Positions 12,823 to 24,997 of a stretch of 41,188 bases of DNA are shown here, one piece after another; positions within the stretch are counted from its first letter, which is position 1; each line of letters starts with the position of its first letter. Where the stretch lies: contig NC_068991.1 of assembly GCF_001194135.2 (NCBI RefSeq), positions 20,368,963 through 20,410,150 on the forward strand, read 5' to 3'. Source of the DNA: Octopus bimaculoides (Eukaryota). The notes under the pieces were generated by a model. The model searched no databases. It had not been told where the DNA came from and was given only the letters and a program-made list of their open reading frames with translations. The position numbers and the translations under genes were made by a program.

Positions 12823-13212
12823 TGTTGTTTGTTGGCACTCCGTCGCTTACGACGTCGAGGGTTCCAGTTGATCCGATCAACGGAACAGCCTGCTCGTGAA
12901 ATTAACGTGCGAGTGGCTGAGCACTCCACAGACACGTGTACCCTTAACGTAATTCTTGGGGATATTCAGCGTGACACAGTGTGACAAGGCCGACACTTTG
13001 AATTACAGGCACAACAGAAACAGGAAGTAAGAGTGAGAGAAAGTTGTGGTGAAAGAGTACAGCAGGGTTCGCCACCATCCCCTGCCGGAACCTCGTGGAG
13101 CTTTTAGGTGTTTTCGCTCAATAAACACTCACAATGCCCGGTCTGGGAATCGAAACCGCGATCCTATGACCGCGAGTCCGCTGCCCTAATCACTGGGCCA
13201 ATGCGCCTCCAC
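12823..13212 (-). mobile_element. Family B tRNA-derived SINE, full length
   Basis: Reverse complement of 3229-3612. TSD gtaaaagcagt at 12812-12822 and 13213-13223. Confidence 0.95.
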
Positions 13213-13289
13213 GTAAAAGCAGTACATATTAGGGAACACATTTACCGGCTTACAGTGTAGGTATATTCGTTGTTATTTTCTTTAGCCCT

Positions 13290-13442
13290 CACCGTCAGTC
13301 GTGTTCTGGTTGATCTATGATCATTTAGGCTCCAGCCATGATCTTTTAATCTCTTAGTATATTCAAGGCTACATTGTCCTGTGAAATATCTTTAAAGAGA
13401 GAAGAGGTGGATTTGGAAGATACTTAGCTGCTATTTCTATCA
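13290..13442 (-). mobile_element. Fragment of dispersed repeat family X (gaaatagcagccaaat motif)
   Basis: Shares gctgctatttcta and tatgatca...ccagccatga segments with 16260-16370, 38090-38290 and 2860-2990. Confidence 0.6.
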
Positions 13443-13521
13443 GATTAATATAACTCTCCTTGGGGATCAGAAAGCGAAAAGGGTACAAATTCTCCCTTAT
13501 TGATAATTAATGCTCCAGAAA

Positions 13522-13647
13522 GGTGGTGAGCTGGCAGAATCGTTAGTGGTCGATAAAATAAGTACTAGTTGAACAAAGGGATCGATGCAATCGACTAGCC
13601 CCTTACCCCAAAATTTCAGGTCTTGTGCCTATAGCAGAAAAGATATC
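13522..13647 (+). mobile_element. Internally deleted family A SINE (126 bp) with its own TSD
   Basis: ggtggtgagctggcagaatcgttag is joined directly to tggtcgataaaataagtactag. 13-bp TSD aatgctccagaaa at 13509-13521 and 13648-13660. Confidence 0.88.
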
Positions 13648-13742
13648 AATGCTCCAGAAACTTAGTTCTCATATTAGCACAAGGCAGCAGGTTTGTAATG
13701 GAAAGAATAAAGACAAATAGAGCGACCTCAATATATATGCCT

Positions 13743-14131
13743 TGTTGTTGTTGTTGGCACTCCGTCGCTTACGACGTCGAGGGTTCCAGTTGATCCGATC
13801 AACGGAACAGCCTGCTCGTGAAATTAACGTGCAAGTAGCTGAGCACTCCACAGACACGTGTACCCTTAACGTAGTTCTCGGGGATATTCAGCGTGACAGT
13901 GTGACAAGGCTGACCCTTTGAATTACAGGCACAACAGAAACAGGAAGTAAGAGTGAGAGAAAGTTGTGGTGAAAGAGTACAGCAGGGTTCGCCACCATCC
14001 CCTGCCGGAGCCTCGTGGAGCTTTAGGTGTTTTCGCTCAATAAACACTCACAACGCCTGGTCTAGGAATCGAAACCGCGATCCTATGACCGCGAGTCCAC
14101 TGCCCTAACCACTGGGCCATTGCGCCTCCAC
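13743..14131 (-). mobile_element. Family B tRNA-derived SINE, full length
   Basis: Near-identical to 12823-13212. TSD atatatgcct at 13733-13742 and 14132-14141. Confidence 0.95.
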
Positions 14132-14407
14132 ATATATGCCTAGTACATATTTAAATCCACGAAAGGGCTTCTTATTTTAGTAAACAACCACAAATTTCTG
14201 AGTAAATTACACGCGCTTCCAGATAACTTCTAGAAGATATACACCTACCAAACTCAACCAAAATAATCATTTCTACTTTTTGCACAGGGCTAACAATTTT
14301 CAGAGAAAGGATTAGTAGATACCACCATTCCAGTACTTTACTTTATCGAACCCAGAGAGATAAAAGGCTAAGATGACCTTGGTAGGATTTCAACACGGAA
14401 CGTGGAG

Positions 14408-14883
14408 TACAAGTTGGCTCCAAGTCTCATCCAGAGACCTCAAGAGACAACAAGTTAGAAGTTCATGTTGGTGTTATGCCTAGGGTGCCATATATTTGGT
14501 TTTGTACGTAGTGTTGTTCTAGAGAATGTTTAAGAAACCATAAGAAAATTATGTGTTTGTTTCAAAATTTGAGATCACATAGACAGTATTTTACGTACGA
14601 TATGGGCAGTTCCCATGAGCACTATCTTTTGAATGTCTGCCATTTTGGGGTTTCCTGGTATCTGAGCTAGGTAGCAATCAGCCCCTTTTGCTATCATTCC
14701 TAGGGCACCTATGACAACAGGTATTGTTTTAGTCTTCAGGTTCCACATTTTGCCAATTTCTATTTCAAGATCTTTATACTTGCTCAGTTTTTGTTAGGTC
14801 TTGATAGATACATTTATATCGATTGGGACAGTCATATCAATGAGGAGGCATGATTTTTGGCTGAAGTGTTTCAATATAATGTC
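14408..14883 (-). mobile_element. 3' end of R4/Dong-clade non-LTR retrotransposon (restriction-like endonuclease domain plus 3' UTR)
   Basis: 14883-14575 translates to DIILKHFSQKSCLLIDMTVPIDINVSIKT*QKLSKYKDLEIEIGKMWNLKTKTIPVVIGALGMIAKG...IVLMGTAHIVRKILSM*, a PD-(D/E)xK RLE C-terminus with one internal stop. Confidence 0.88.
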
Positions 14884-14899
14884 TTTATTGTTATTATTA

Positions 14900-14978
<79 letters not shown>

Positions 14979-15205
14979 AGGCGATGAGCTGACAGAAACG
15001 TAAGCACGCCGGACGAAATACTTAGCGGTATTTCGTTTGTCTTTACGTTCTGAGTTCAAATTCCGCCGAGGTCGACTTTGCCATTCATCCCTTCGGGGTC
15101 GATAAATGAAGTACCAGTTGCGTACTGGGGTGATCTAATCGACTAGCACCTCCCCAAAACTTTCGGCCCTTACACCTAGAGTAGAAAAGATTATTATTAT
15201 CATTA
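14979..15205 (+). mobile_element. Family A (Meta-type) SINE, full length
   Basis: A/B boxes, Meta domain and cctagagtagaaaagattattatt tail. Directly preceded by long (ATT)n. Confidence 0.92.
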
Positions 15206-15724
15206 ATTTTTCGGAGGGTTCGTTTTTCAACTATGTTGTGTGTCTGGTCTTATTTTTATTTCGTTATTTGTATAATATTTTATTTATCTATTTGTCTTCC
15301 TTTTATCTTTAAGAGGGACGCATTTCATTTCATTTCATTTCTTTCGGTTCATTAAAATCTTTGAAACATTAACATCAATAAAGAACGGTTGTTCCCTCGT
15401 CACAATCTTCAATTTCAATGGCCGGATGGGTAATAAAACAAGCAGGAAGAAGGAAGAACACAAGAAACCAGTGACTATAACAAGAGACAAAAGCTTTCTA
15501 GACAAACATACTGAAGAAGACGGAGACATTAAATAGAAAGCCACTCTTTCACGTGTGGAGAAGCACTTCTTTTAATTATTGAAGAAGAAGAAGAAGAAGA
15601 AGAAGAAGAAGAAGAAGAAGAAGAAGAAGACGAAGACGAAGAAGAAGAAGAAGAAGAGGAAGAGCTAGGTAATAGTTCACATTGCAGGAGTCGCCGCCTA
15701 TTATTATTATTATTATTAATATCA

Positions 15725-15809
<85 letters not shown>

Positions 15810-15843
15810 CATTATTATTATNNNNNNNNNNTTATTAATATCA

Positions 15844-15928
<85 letters not shown>

Positions 15929-16024
15929 CATTATTATTATTATTATTATTTTCCGAATCGTTCGCATTTTATTTCATTTTCCGGCCGTGTCTCAACCAAA
16001 GATCTAAGATGCGTGCATATTAGA

Positions 16025-16200
16025 TGCATTGCGGTATTTCGTTTTTTCTTGAAGTTCTGAGTTTGAATTCCGCAGAGATCGACTTTACCTTTAATCCTTT
16101 CGGGATCGATAAAATGACTATCAGTTGAGGACTGAGGTTGATGTAATCGATTTATCCCATATCCGAAATTGCTAAACTTGTGCCAAAATTTGAATCAATA
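16025..16200 (+). mobile_element. Family A SINE, 5'-truncated and diverged
   Basis: gcggtatttcg...gtttgaattccgcagagatcgactttacctttaatcctttcgggatcgataaaatg. Confidence 0.8.
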
Positions 16201-16379
16201 ATGTGCGATAGGAGTGAGATTTGACTGTTATTTCTTGTTGGTCAAGCTTTCCTCATACTGTACTTGTTATTATTATTGCTGTTTTAAGCTTCTAATCGAG
16301 CAGTCCTATGATGCAAGGGGTTCCAAGCGTGACCATCGTGTCTTTTTCAAGGGATGTGCAGAGCGACGTTAGCCTTTGC

Positions 16380-16862
16380 TTGTCTCAGTCCTTAGGTTGC
16401 GCCCATGCTACCGCACTGCCTTGAAGATCTTAGTCAGGCCTGGTATTTTTCTAGCGGTATATTTTGCCTAAACACTAAGTTATTGGGACGTAAACAAACC
16501 AGCATCGGTTGTCAAGCAGTGTTCATTTCTTTAGAGGAGTGAGAAGCATGACACAAAGGCTCATGCACCCACACTCAAACACACACACGCACACACACAC
16601 TAACACACATGCATACACACACATACATACATACATACATACGTACGTACATACATACATACATACATACATACATACATACATACATACATACATACGT
16701 ACATACATACATACGACTGGCTTCTTGCAGTTTCCGTCTAAGATTTTGATCGACCAGATACTACGTAGAAGACAGTTGCCCAAGGTGCCACGGAGCGGGA
16801 GTGAACTCAACGTTACATGGATGGAAAGCAAGCGTTTTAACAACGCAGCCGCGCCCGCACCT
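16380..16862 (-). mobile_element. Family C SINE (CORE-like domain, internal microsatellite)
   Basis: Homologous to 30955-31387: agaagacagttgcccaaggtgccac, cagtttccgtcta and gggacgtaaacaaaccagcatcggttgtcaagc. Internal (CA)n/(CATA)n. Confidence 0.85.
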
Positions 16863-17508
16863 TGAAATCTAACTTTTCTTCCATGATTAAGACGATAGGA
16901 CGAGTTCTGATTTAGCTTTCTATTTCTAGCAGATCGCCTAGCCACCTACATTATACTCATTCATTAGAGTTATTGTGGTAGTACTTGCCATGGTGGTGGT
17001 TGCTGTTGTTTTATGAACACAAAGGCACCGATTGTAATGCAAGTGTCATCCTTGATGCGTTCATATTCCACGCTTGACTTGTTCCCTCCTTGCCAAAGAA
17101 AACCTCATTTCACATTTGATGAGAGGACAACAAAAATAATAATTACAAAGGCCCCAAAGAGGTCTGTTTTTGTGTACGTCGCGTGTCGTGTGCCATGTGG
17201 CATGAGCCATGTGCCGTGTTGTTCTTGTAAGGCGTTTGTTACTTGAAGGTGTCTGTTCTTTGTTTGTCCAAGTCTGAGTGTATGCGCGGTAAAACCGTAA
17301 AGTAGCGTCTATGTCCGCACATGTATTTCGCTGTGCGCGCATACGTGTATGCGTGTATGTGAGCACAGACGCGCATGTGTGTGTGTGTGTGTATCTGTGT
17401 GTGTGTGTGTGTTTGTGTCTATTCTTCTGTATCCACACATGTTTTTGCTTTTGTATGTTCGCACGTGTATCTATTCCCGCGTGTATTTATGTACGTGTGT
17501 GTGTGTCT

Positions 17509-17543
17509 CTGCAAGTATGTTTATATATGTGTTTCCTTTTCCG

Positions 17544-17629
<86 letters not shown>

Positions 17630-17730
17630 TGCAAGTATGTTTATATATGTGTTTCCTTTTCCGTGTGTATGTGTGTGTGCGTGTGTGTGTCTGCAAGTAT
17701 GTTTATATATGTTTCCTTTTCCGTGTGTAT
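17509..17730. repeat. Three copies of a ~42-bp unit separated by (GT)n of variable length
   Basis: ctgcaagtatgtttatatatgtgtttccttttccg(c/t)gtgtat at 17509, 17629 and 17691. Confidence 0.9.
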
Positions 17731-18045
17731 GTGTGTGTGTGTTTATATGTGTTTGCGTGTGTACACGCTCGCGTGTTTGTGCGTGTGTGTGTGAAAATAA
17801 ATGTTTGTGTGTGTGTATGTGTGTGTTTTTATGTGATTATGTGTGACTGTATGTGTACATTACGGGCACGTGTGAAAGTGCTTATGTTTATTCGACACTT
17901 CATATGGTATTTCATTCAACCCAGTGCTGCTCCCCCCCCACACACACACACAGACCTGTCACACACACCTCCTCAAACAATAAAAGCCAAATGTTATTCA
18001 AAATATTGACGGTAATAATAACGATAACAACAATAGTAATGATGA

Positions 18046-18077
<32 letters not shown>

Positions 18078-18366
18078 ATGAGGAGGCGAAAGATGAGGAT
18101 GACAGAAGTCCAGAAGTATCAAGGAAGCCAGTGATGAAGGGGGCGCGGTTGATGACGCCGGTACCGTGTACATATTTCACAGGTACTTGATTGAATTGAA
18201 CTCACGCCGTATCAAAAGTAAAGTCGACCTTGGACCTTGACGAGATATAAACGCTGAACGAAGAGAAAGCGACGTGACGTAATAACACATGGATATCTAC
18301 CGATTCTACCAAACCACCGACCTATTAATAATAATAATAATGATGATGATGATGATGATGATGATG

Positions 18367-18404
<38 letters not shown>

Positions 18405-18419
18405 CATAACATCTTTCGC

Positions 18420-18765
18420 GATGCCAACAAGGGAGGTAAAAACTCCTTGCTCTTCCCTCTACAGGAAGCAGTAAAGCGATCTTCATAATAGATTCAGCCG
18501 ATAGTCGGATCCATTCTACACATATTTCTTACCCAGCCTTCTATGATATATTACTTGAGGTGGAAATTATAATGGACAGATCCTGCTCAAGATGACGCAT
18601 GTCCTCACGACATCCTCCTAATCATTGATGACAAAGAGTAATCTCTTAGCCAAAATCTTCATCTCTGCCTTCAGCTGTTATGAACCGAAAAATCATCATT
18701 GTGGTCTCCCTTGTTCTGCTCTTTTTTCAGCCAGGCCACTACTCCTCGGCTGAAAGAAATGGCAA
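18420..18765 (-). pseudogene. Degraded L1/Tx1-like LINE reverse-transcriptase fragment
   Basis: Frameshifted translation SRGVVAWLKKEQNKGDHNDDF / LKAEMKILAKRLLFVIND / TCVILS / SVHYNFHLK*YIIEG matches the RT domain 0-2 pattern LLKK..KGD..NFRPITLLN.E.KILAK...Q.....RSI.DN.HL. Confidence 0.75.
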
Positions 18766-19554
18766 TATATGAGATACATTATTTTTTTTTGTAGTTGTTT
18801 ATGTCTGTAACCGTGTAGTTAATGATTTTTCAGTCTTTGTTCGTGTTAGAGGATATGTTCACGCTATTACGTTATGCTTGTTCTTGTAATGTTGACGGAC
18901 TCGGTAGTGATACTTGTGGCGATGATGATGATGATCGGGGTGACAGTATTGGTTTTGTTGTAGCTGGACATGACGTTGTTATATCGTTGAAATACATCTC
19001 TCTTATTCGTTCGAACATTCCAATTTTTTCTCCCCCCCCCCCCCCAACCACTTTTTTCGTTTGTTCTTATTGAACCCTTTTTGCTGTTTTGAAGTCTTCC
19101 ACGTCACATCAGCAACACAGGACGTGTCTGAGAATGGCCCGAAACAAAGAGAAGCATCTCTTGGTAGCGTTTGTGGTTTGTTCTGTTGTTTTAAGGTTTT
19201 TTTCTGTTACTGCTGCTCTCGCTGTTGTGGGCAGCCGTTGAGGTCAGTATTTCGTCTACTGATTTTGTTGTTGGTTTTGCTCGATTGCACTGCTGGTGTT
19301 GTTATTGTGTAGGTGCAACTTCCATTCTTGCAGCGAGCACTGCAACCACGCTTGCTGCGGTTGCAAACTGTTGCTGGCGTTGCTGTTGCATTGTGCACAG
19401 TAATTATTGCACTTGATAACGAGAATGTAAAACCATTAAACATAGAAGCATATAAATCTCGAGGAATAATATAAAGCAACAAAATCAAAAATATAGATAT
19501 GAAGGAACCCTTAGTAAAAAAAAAAAGTATTTCCATTGACTAAAAAAGATTTTA

Positions 19555-20625
19555 AAATCCAAACTGAATGCAAGGAAATGTAACGTAAGTAGTCAACTTG
19601 TGAGTTGTATCACTCGTAAGATATAGAGCAAGAAGTATTGAACGGAGAGCGGATAAATTGAAGGATATCGGCAGAAAAACAACAGGAAATGTATAGAATC
19701 GAATCACACATTTCCTATCGGATGTGGACCGGTTGTCCTGGAGAAAAGCAGGAGGAGGGAGTGGATTAATGAATGTCTAAGAGGTTAGTAGAAGTATAGA
19801 AGATAGCTCTAGGATCCTATCAGGAAGAGAAAGGAGAAACACTCCTGAAGAAGATAATATGTGAAGGACTAATTATAGACGACGACGACGACGGTGACGA
19901 CCAATTCTAGAATATGTAGAAACAAGATAGGGAGAAAAAGGAAACACAAAAAATAGGAGGTCAAATTTCGAAAGAAAGAAACTTCATTCATTTCTTTTCA
20001 AAAACACGAAGAAAATAGGGAAACAAATATGGTTGCCTCTGGCTAAAGAAGGGAGAGTACTGAAGAAAGAGACCGATAGAATGATTTTGTCAGCGCAGAA
20101 ACAGGCTCTAAGGGTAAATTGGATTAAGAACATGAATAATAGGTCAGCAGGAGTGTAGAATGCGTAATGGTTCAAATGAGATCATAGTTTACATTGTATT
20201 GGAATGTCCACAGTTAGGTCAGAATGAATACAAAAGAAAAAAATGTGGGTACGATATGACTACTGCAATAATTCGCTGGAATTTCTTTGCAAGAAATTTG
20301 GTTTTGCTTGCCCAGAATAGAACTACATTCTATGAGAATAAAATTACGAACCCTTAAGAAGGATGAATGGAGGGAGTTGTGGATATTTCCTATTCAAACC
20401 GAAAGAAGAAAAAAACATAGAAGCTCAGATATTGTTGTTATTGACAAGAAGAAAGTACGTGACATGTCCACTTTACATCAAAGTGGAAGGAAACGCGAAA
20501 GAAAAAAAGTGCAGCATTATAATGACTTGAAGCATGCACTCCTCAGTTAGTGGAACAGAAATTAATTCGTAATATTTCTGTTTATTATTGAGGCCTAGGG
20601 ATCGGTGACAAAATACCTAATAGCA
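19555..20625 (+). mobile_element. Degraded R4/Dong-clade LINE, second lineage (post-RT region, CCHC zinc knuckle, RLE)
   Basis: Motifs SDVDRL..GGGSGLMNV; LKKETDRMILSAQKQALRVNWIK; RMRNGSNEIIVYIVLECPQLGQNEYK; WIFPIQTE..SSDIVVIDKKK; KVQHYNDLK. Many stops and frameshifts. Confidence 0.85.
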
Positions 20626-20642
20626 AATTATTTATTATTATC

Positions 20643-20870
20643 GGCAAGCTGGCAGAACCGTTAGCAGGTCGGGCGAAATGCTTTGCGGTATTTCGTCTGC
20701 CGTCAGTTTTTAAGTTCGAATTCCGCCGAGGTTGACTTTACCTTTCATCCATTCAGGGTCGATAAAATTAGTACCAGTTACGTACCGGGGACGATGTAAT
20801 CGACTTAATCTCTTCCTCCACAATTTGAGGCCTTATTCTTCCAATAGAAAGGATTATTATTATTATTATC
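20643..20870 (+). mobile_element. Family A SINE
   Basis: A/B boxes, Meta domain, tail ...ccaatagaaaggattattatt. Confidence 0.9.
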
Positions 20871-20879
20871 ATAAATATT

Positions 20880-21050
20880 AAGACGGCGATCTGACAGAAT
20901 CGTTAGCACGCCGGACTAAATTCTTAATGGTATTTCGTCTGCCGCAACGTTCTGAGTTCAAATTCCACCGAGGTCAACTTTTATCCTTTCGGGGTCGATA
21001 AATTAGATACCAGTTGAAGACTGGTTCGATTTAATCTTCTTAACCCCTGT
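20880..21050 (+). mobile_element. Family A SINE, head-to-tail with the previous copy
   Basis: ggcgatctgacagaatcgttagcacgccgg...gttcaaattccaccgaggtcaac...cctttcggggtcgataaatt. Confidence 0.88.
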
Positions 21051-21114
21051 GTTCCTATAATAATAAAAATCCTTGTTCCTATAATAGAAAACATTATTAT
21101 TGTTGTTATTATTA

Positions 21115-21205
21115 TTATTTTATGTTTAACTTTTGCTTTACATTTGTACAAGTTGGCTCCAGGTTTCACCTAGAGACCTCAAGAGACAAGCTAGAAGTTT
21201 ATGTT
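21115..21205 (-). mobile_element. 3' UTR fragment of the same R4/Dong-like family as 14408-14883
   Basis: tacaagttggctcc...agagacctcaagagac..aag(c/t)tagaagtt(c/t)atgttg is shared with 14408-14470. Flanked by ATT/GTT repeats. Confidence 0.8.
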
Positions 21206-21216
21206 GTTGTTGTTGC

Positions 21217-21352
<136 letters not shown>

Positions 21353-22705
21353 GAGAGTAGATTGACAGAATTGTTATAGGGTCGGAAAAAATTCCTTGTG
21401 GTGCTTGTTCCTTGCAGAATTTTCCATGCTCAGTACGGATCAAATCCAGGCAGTCAACTTAGACTTCTGTTATTCCTGGACCGATAAAAATAAATCAATA
21501 GTCAAGTATTAGGATCGATATAATTGACTGTTCCCCACCCCCTATCCACACACCCATACTACACTCCAAAATGTTCTGGCTTATGCCTGTATTATTCCAT
21601 TATTCTATTATCGGTTTCAGCCGGAGACTGTGGCCATGCTGGGGCTTCGCCAGAAATAATTGTTTCATATCTATGTCAAATCTTTTCATTATTCCTCAAT
21701 CATTGACACAGGCGTCTAGGAATCTGTTGTTATTCTTTGCAGGACGAGAAAATATAGGTGAAAGATTAGATATAATGTCTGAACAATTTGCTGAAAATTT
21801 CTGATAGGTGGCGCTACGATAACTTTCTGTTGTGACTCCGGCTCTATATTATATATCAGATAGATATCTTCCAGCTCAAATTACCGATTAATTTGTGCAT
21901 ATTACATTGGTAGGTGGTTAGAGATCATGTATAGAGTTAATGTATATTAACTATCCGTTCGGCTTCCTATAGAGTTAGCAATGGTAGCTGTCTCGGTCTA
22001 ATGTGTTGTCCGCGAAGATGATGTATTAACGTTAGTGGTACACACACACACACACACACACGCATGTGCGTGTCAATGTACGCATATATATATATATATA
22101 TATATATANNNNNNNNNNNNNNNNNNNNNNNNNNNNNNNNNNNNNNNNNNNNNNNNNNNNNNNNNNNNNNNNNNNNNNNNNNNNNNNNNNNNNNNNNNNN
22201 NNNNNNNNNNNNNNNNNNNNNNNNNNNNNNNNNNNNNNNNNNNNNNNNNNNNNNNNNNNNNNNNNNNNNNNNNNNNNNNNNNNNNNNNNNNNNNNNNNNN
22301 NNNNNNNNNNNNNNNNNNNNNNNNNNNNNNNNNNNNNNNNNNNNNNNNNNNNNNNNNNNNNNNNNNNNNNNNNNNNNNNNNNNNNNNNNNNNNNNNNNNN
22401 NNNNNNNNNNNNNNNNNNNNNNNNNNNNNNNNNNNNNNNNNNNNNNNNNNNNNNNNNNNNNNNNNNNNNNNNNNNNNNNNNNNNNNNNNNNNNNNNNNNN
22501 NNNNNNNNNNNNNNNNNNNNNNNNNNNNNNNNNNNNNNNNNNNNNNNNNNNNNNNNNNNNNNNNNNNNNNNNNNNNNNNNNNNTAATGTACTGATCCATT
22601 ATTGTTGAAGTAAAAATATATTCAATCTACAGAGAGATAGTCATTTAATAGACGCATGCTATTAAATATCTATACACACACACACACACACAGACACACA
22701 AACAT

Positions 22706-22741
<36 letters not shown>

Positions 22742-22959
22742 TAATGGTGGCTTATTCGCAATTTACAACCGAAAGGCAGAAATATAGACGTCAGTCATAA
22801 GTGCTTTCTGCGGCTATGAGTAGATTTGACTGTTATTTCTAGCAATACTGGTGCTGACTAATACCTTCATTCACTTTCAGTTACGTATACACACACACGC
22901 ACACATACGCGCGCCCATACACGCACACACGTCTATATATACATATATACGCATGCCTT

Positions 22960-23100
22960 TTTTCATCTTCTTTCCTGTCGAAGGGCGTAGGCTCGAAACG
23001 TAAAAGACTTTTCCATTTTTCGCGAGCGTTAAACTAATACACTTGCTTTTTGTTCCTACATCTGTCTTCGTCTTTTGTTTTTCTGTAAATTTGAACTATA
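22960..23100 (+). mobile_element. Penelope-like terminal-repeat remnant with hammerhead-like motif
   Basis: cctgtcgaagggcgtaggctcgaaacgtaaaagac...gagcgttaaactaatac, homologous to 350-545 (-). Confidence 0.6.
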
Positions 23101-23301
23101 TGTGTGTGTGTGTCTATGTCTGTGTCTGTGCGTGTATGTATGTATGTATGTATGTATGTATGTATGTATGCATGCATGTATGCATATGCATATACAGATA
23201 TGCATGTAGGATAGGTGAGTAGGTATATTTGCATATGAATTTATGAATTCATAATAATATACATCTGTAAGAATGTAAGTATACATATAAATGCGTCCAC
23301 G

Positions 23302-23338
<37 letters not shown>

Positions 23339-23651
23339 TGCATACACACACACACATACATACACCCACACACACACACACATACTTATATAAAAACGCA
23401 AATGTTATTTGCCAAGTATGTCCGTTGTCGCGTTATACAATNNNNNNNNNNNNNNNNNNNNNNNNNNNNNNNNNNNNNNNNNNNNNNNNNNNNNNNNNNN
23501 NNNNNNNNNNNNNNNNNNNNNNNNNNNNNNNNNNNNNNNNNNNNNNNNNNNNNNNNNNNNNNNNNNNNNNNNNNNNNNNNNNNNNNNNNNNNNNNNNNNN
23601 NNNNNNNNNNNNNNNNNNNNNNNNNNNNNNNNNNNNNNNNNNNNNNNNNNN

Positions 23652-23712
<61 letters not shown>

Positions 23713-24523
23713 TAATAATAGTAAAAATAAAAACGATGATAATAATGAATAATAAGACAATGCTTTCTCATGGGTTGTTCTCTTTATGAAAGCAGCGTTA
23801 GTGTAAGAAAACTCATTTAGGGAATAATGGCTGACAACTGAGGACAGACATTGCTCGTGTGCACGGCGATGGTTGCAAGGGTCGGGAAGGAGACGATGTC
23901 TAGTTGTTACAGACGTGGTGGTGGTGGTGGTGGCGCTGGTGGCAGTGGTGATAATGTCTGTAATGGGGGTAGTGTTGCTGCTAATGGTGGCGTTGGGCAT
24001 AGGGTAATGGTAGTAGGGGCTGGCCAATAATGAGTCAATTATTTCCAATCATATCAACATTAAACTGCAAGGGACCATGTAGGATATGGAGACGAATGTG
24101 GTCGGCATTGTGACTCGGAATCATCATATGCGCACGTATTTATATGCCTGTGTGTGTGTATGTCTATGTGTGTGTGTGTGTGTGTGCATGAATGTGTGTG
24201 TGTTCGGTGGAGGAGTGTATCCCATTCGACCTTCCAGGAACTTGACGGGCTAACAAACTATCTGATCTCTTCACTCGGCGGTCGTGCACACACGCGGAAG
24301 AGTCGTGTGTACAGACACGCGTGTGTACGATCCTGTACCGCACGAATCTACAATATTAACACTAACACAACAACGACTGCAGCCGTCAGCGTCACTACCA
24401 CCACCACCACCACAAATGAACGTACCTACCATACGTTCAGTGAGAACTAACAACACTCAATCATATGCAGCGCACATACAAACGTACACACCACATCTAT
24501 CTAGCTAACTAGCTATCTATTTA

Positions 24524-24562
<39 letters not shown>

Positions 24563-24938
24563 CTTTGTGCATTTGTGTGTGTTTACGTCTGTATTAGAAA
24601 AATATTCGATTTGTTCGTCCCATTATGCTCAAACTTATTCAGTTTCTGTGCCGTTTCAGTGGAGGGAATATGGCTTCTCCCTATATATATANNNNNNNNN
24701 NTTGTATGTATGTAAGCATGTATATATGTATATATATGTGGCTATATATATATATACATACATATATACATATATATATGCATATATGCATACATACATA
24801 TATATATATATGTACATATATGTATATACACATATATATATACATATATGCATGCAAACATACATACATATAAACTTACATGCATACATACGTATATGTA
24901 TGTTTGTGTTGGAGGTATGTATTATATGCATATATGTG

Positions 24939-24997
<59 letters not shown>

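Noticed and set aside
14979-15205. Idea that the R4/Dong LINE mobilises the (ATT)n-tailed family A SINEs
   Set aside because: SINE tails read (ATT)n on the sense strand whereas the R4 ends read (AAT)n, and no tail similarity is visible.
15712-15950. Apparent tandem duplication of attaatatcatc(att)n across a 10-N gap
   Set aside because: The same sequence on both sides of a nominal 10-N gap indicates overlapping contig ends, an assembly artefact.
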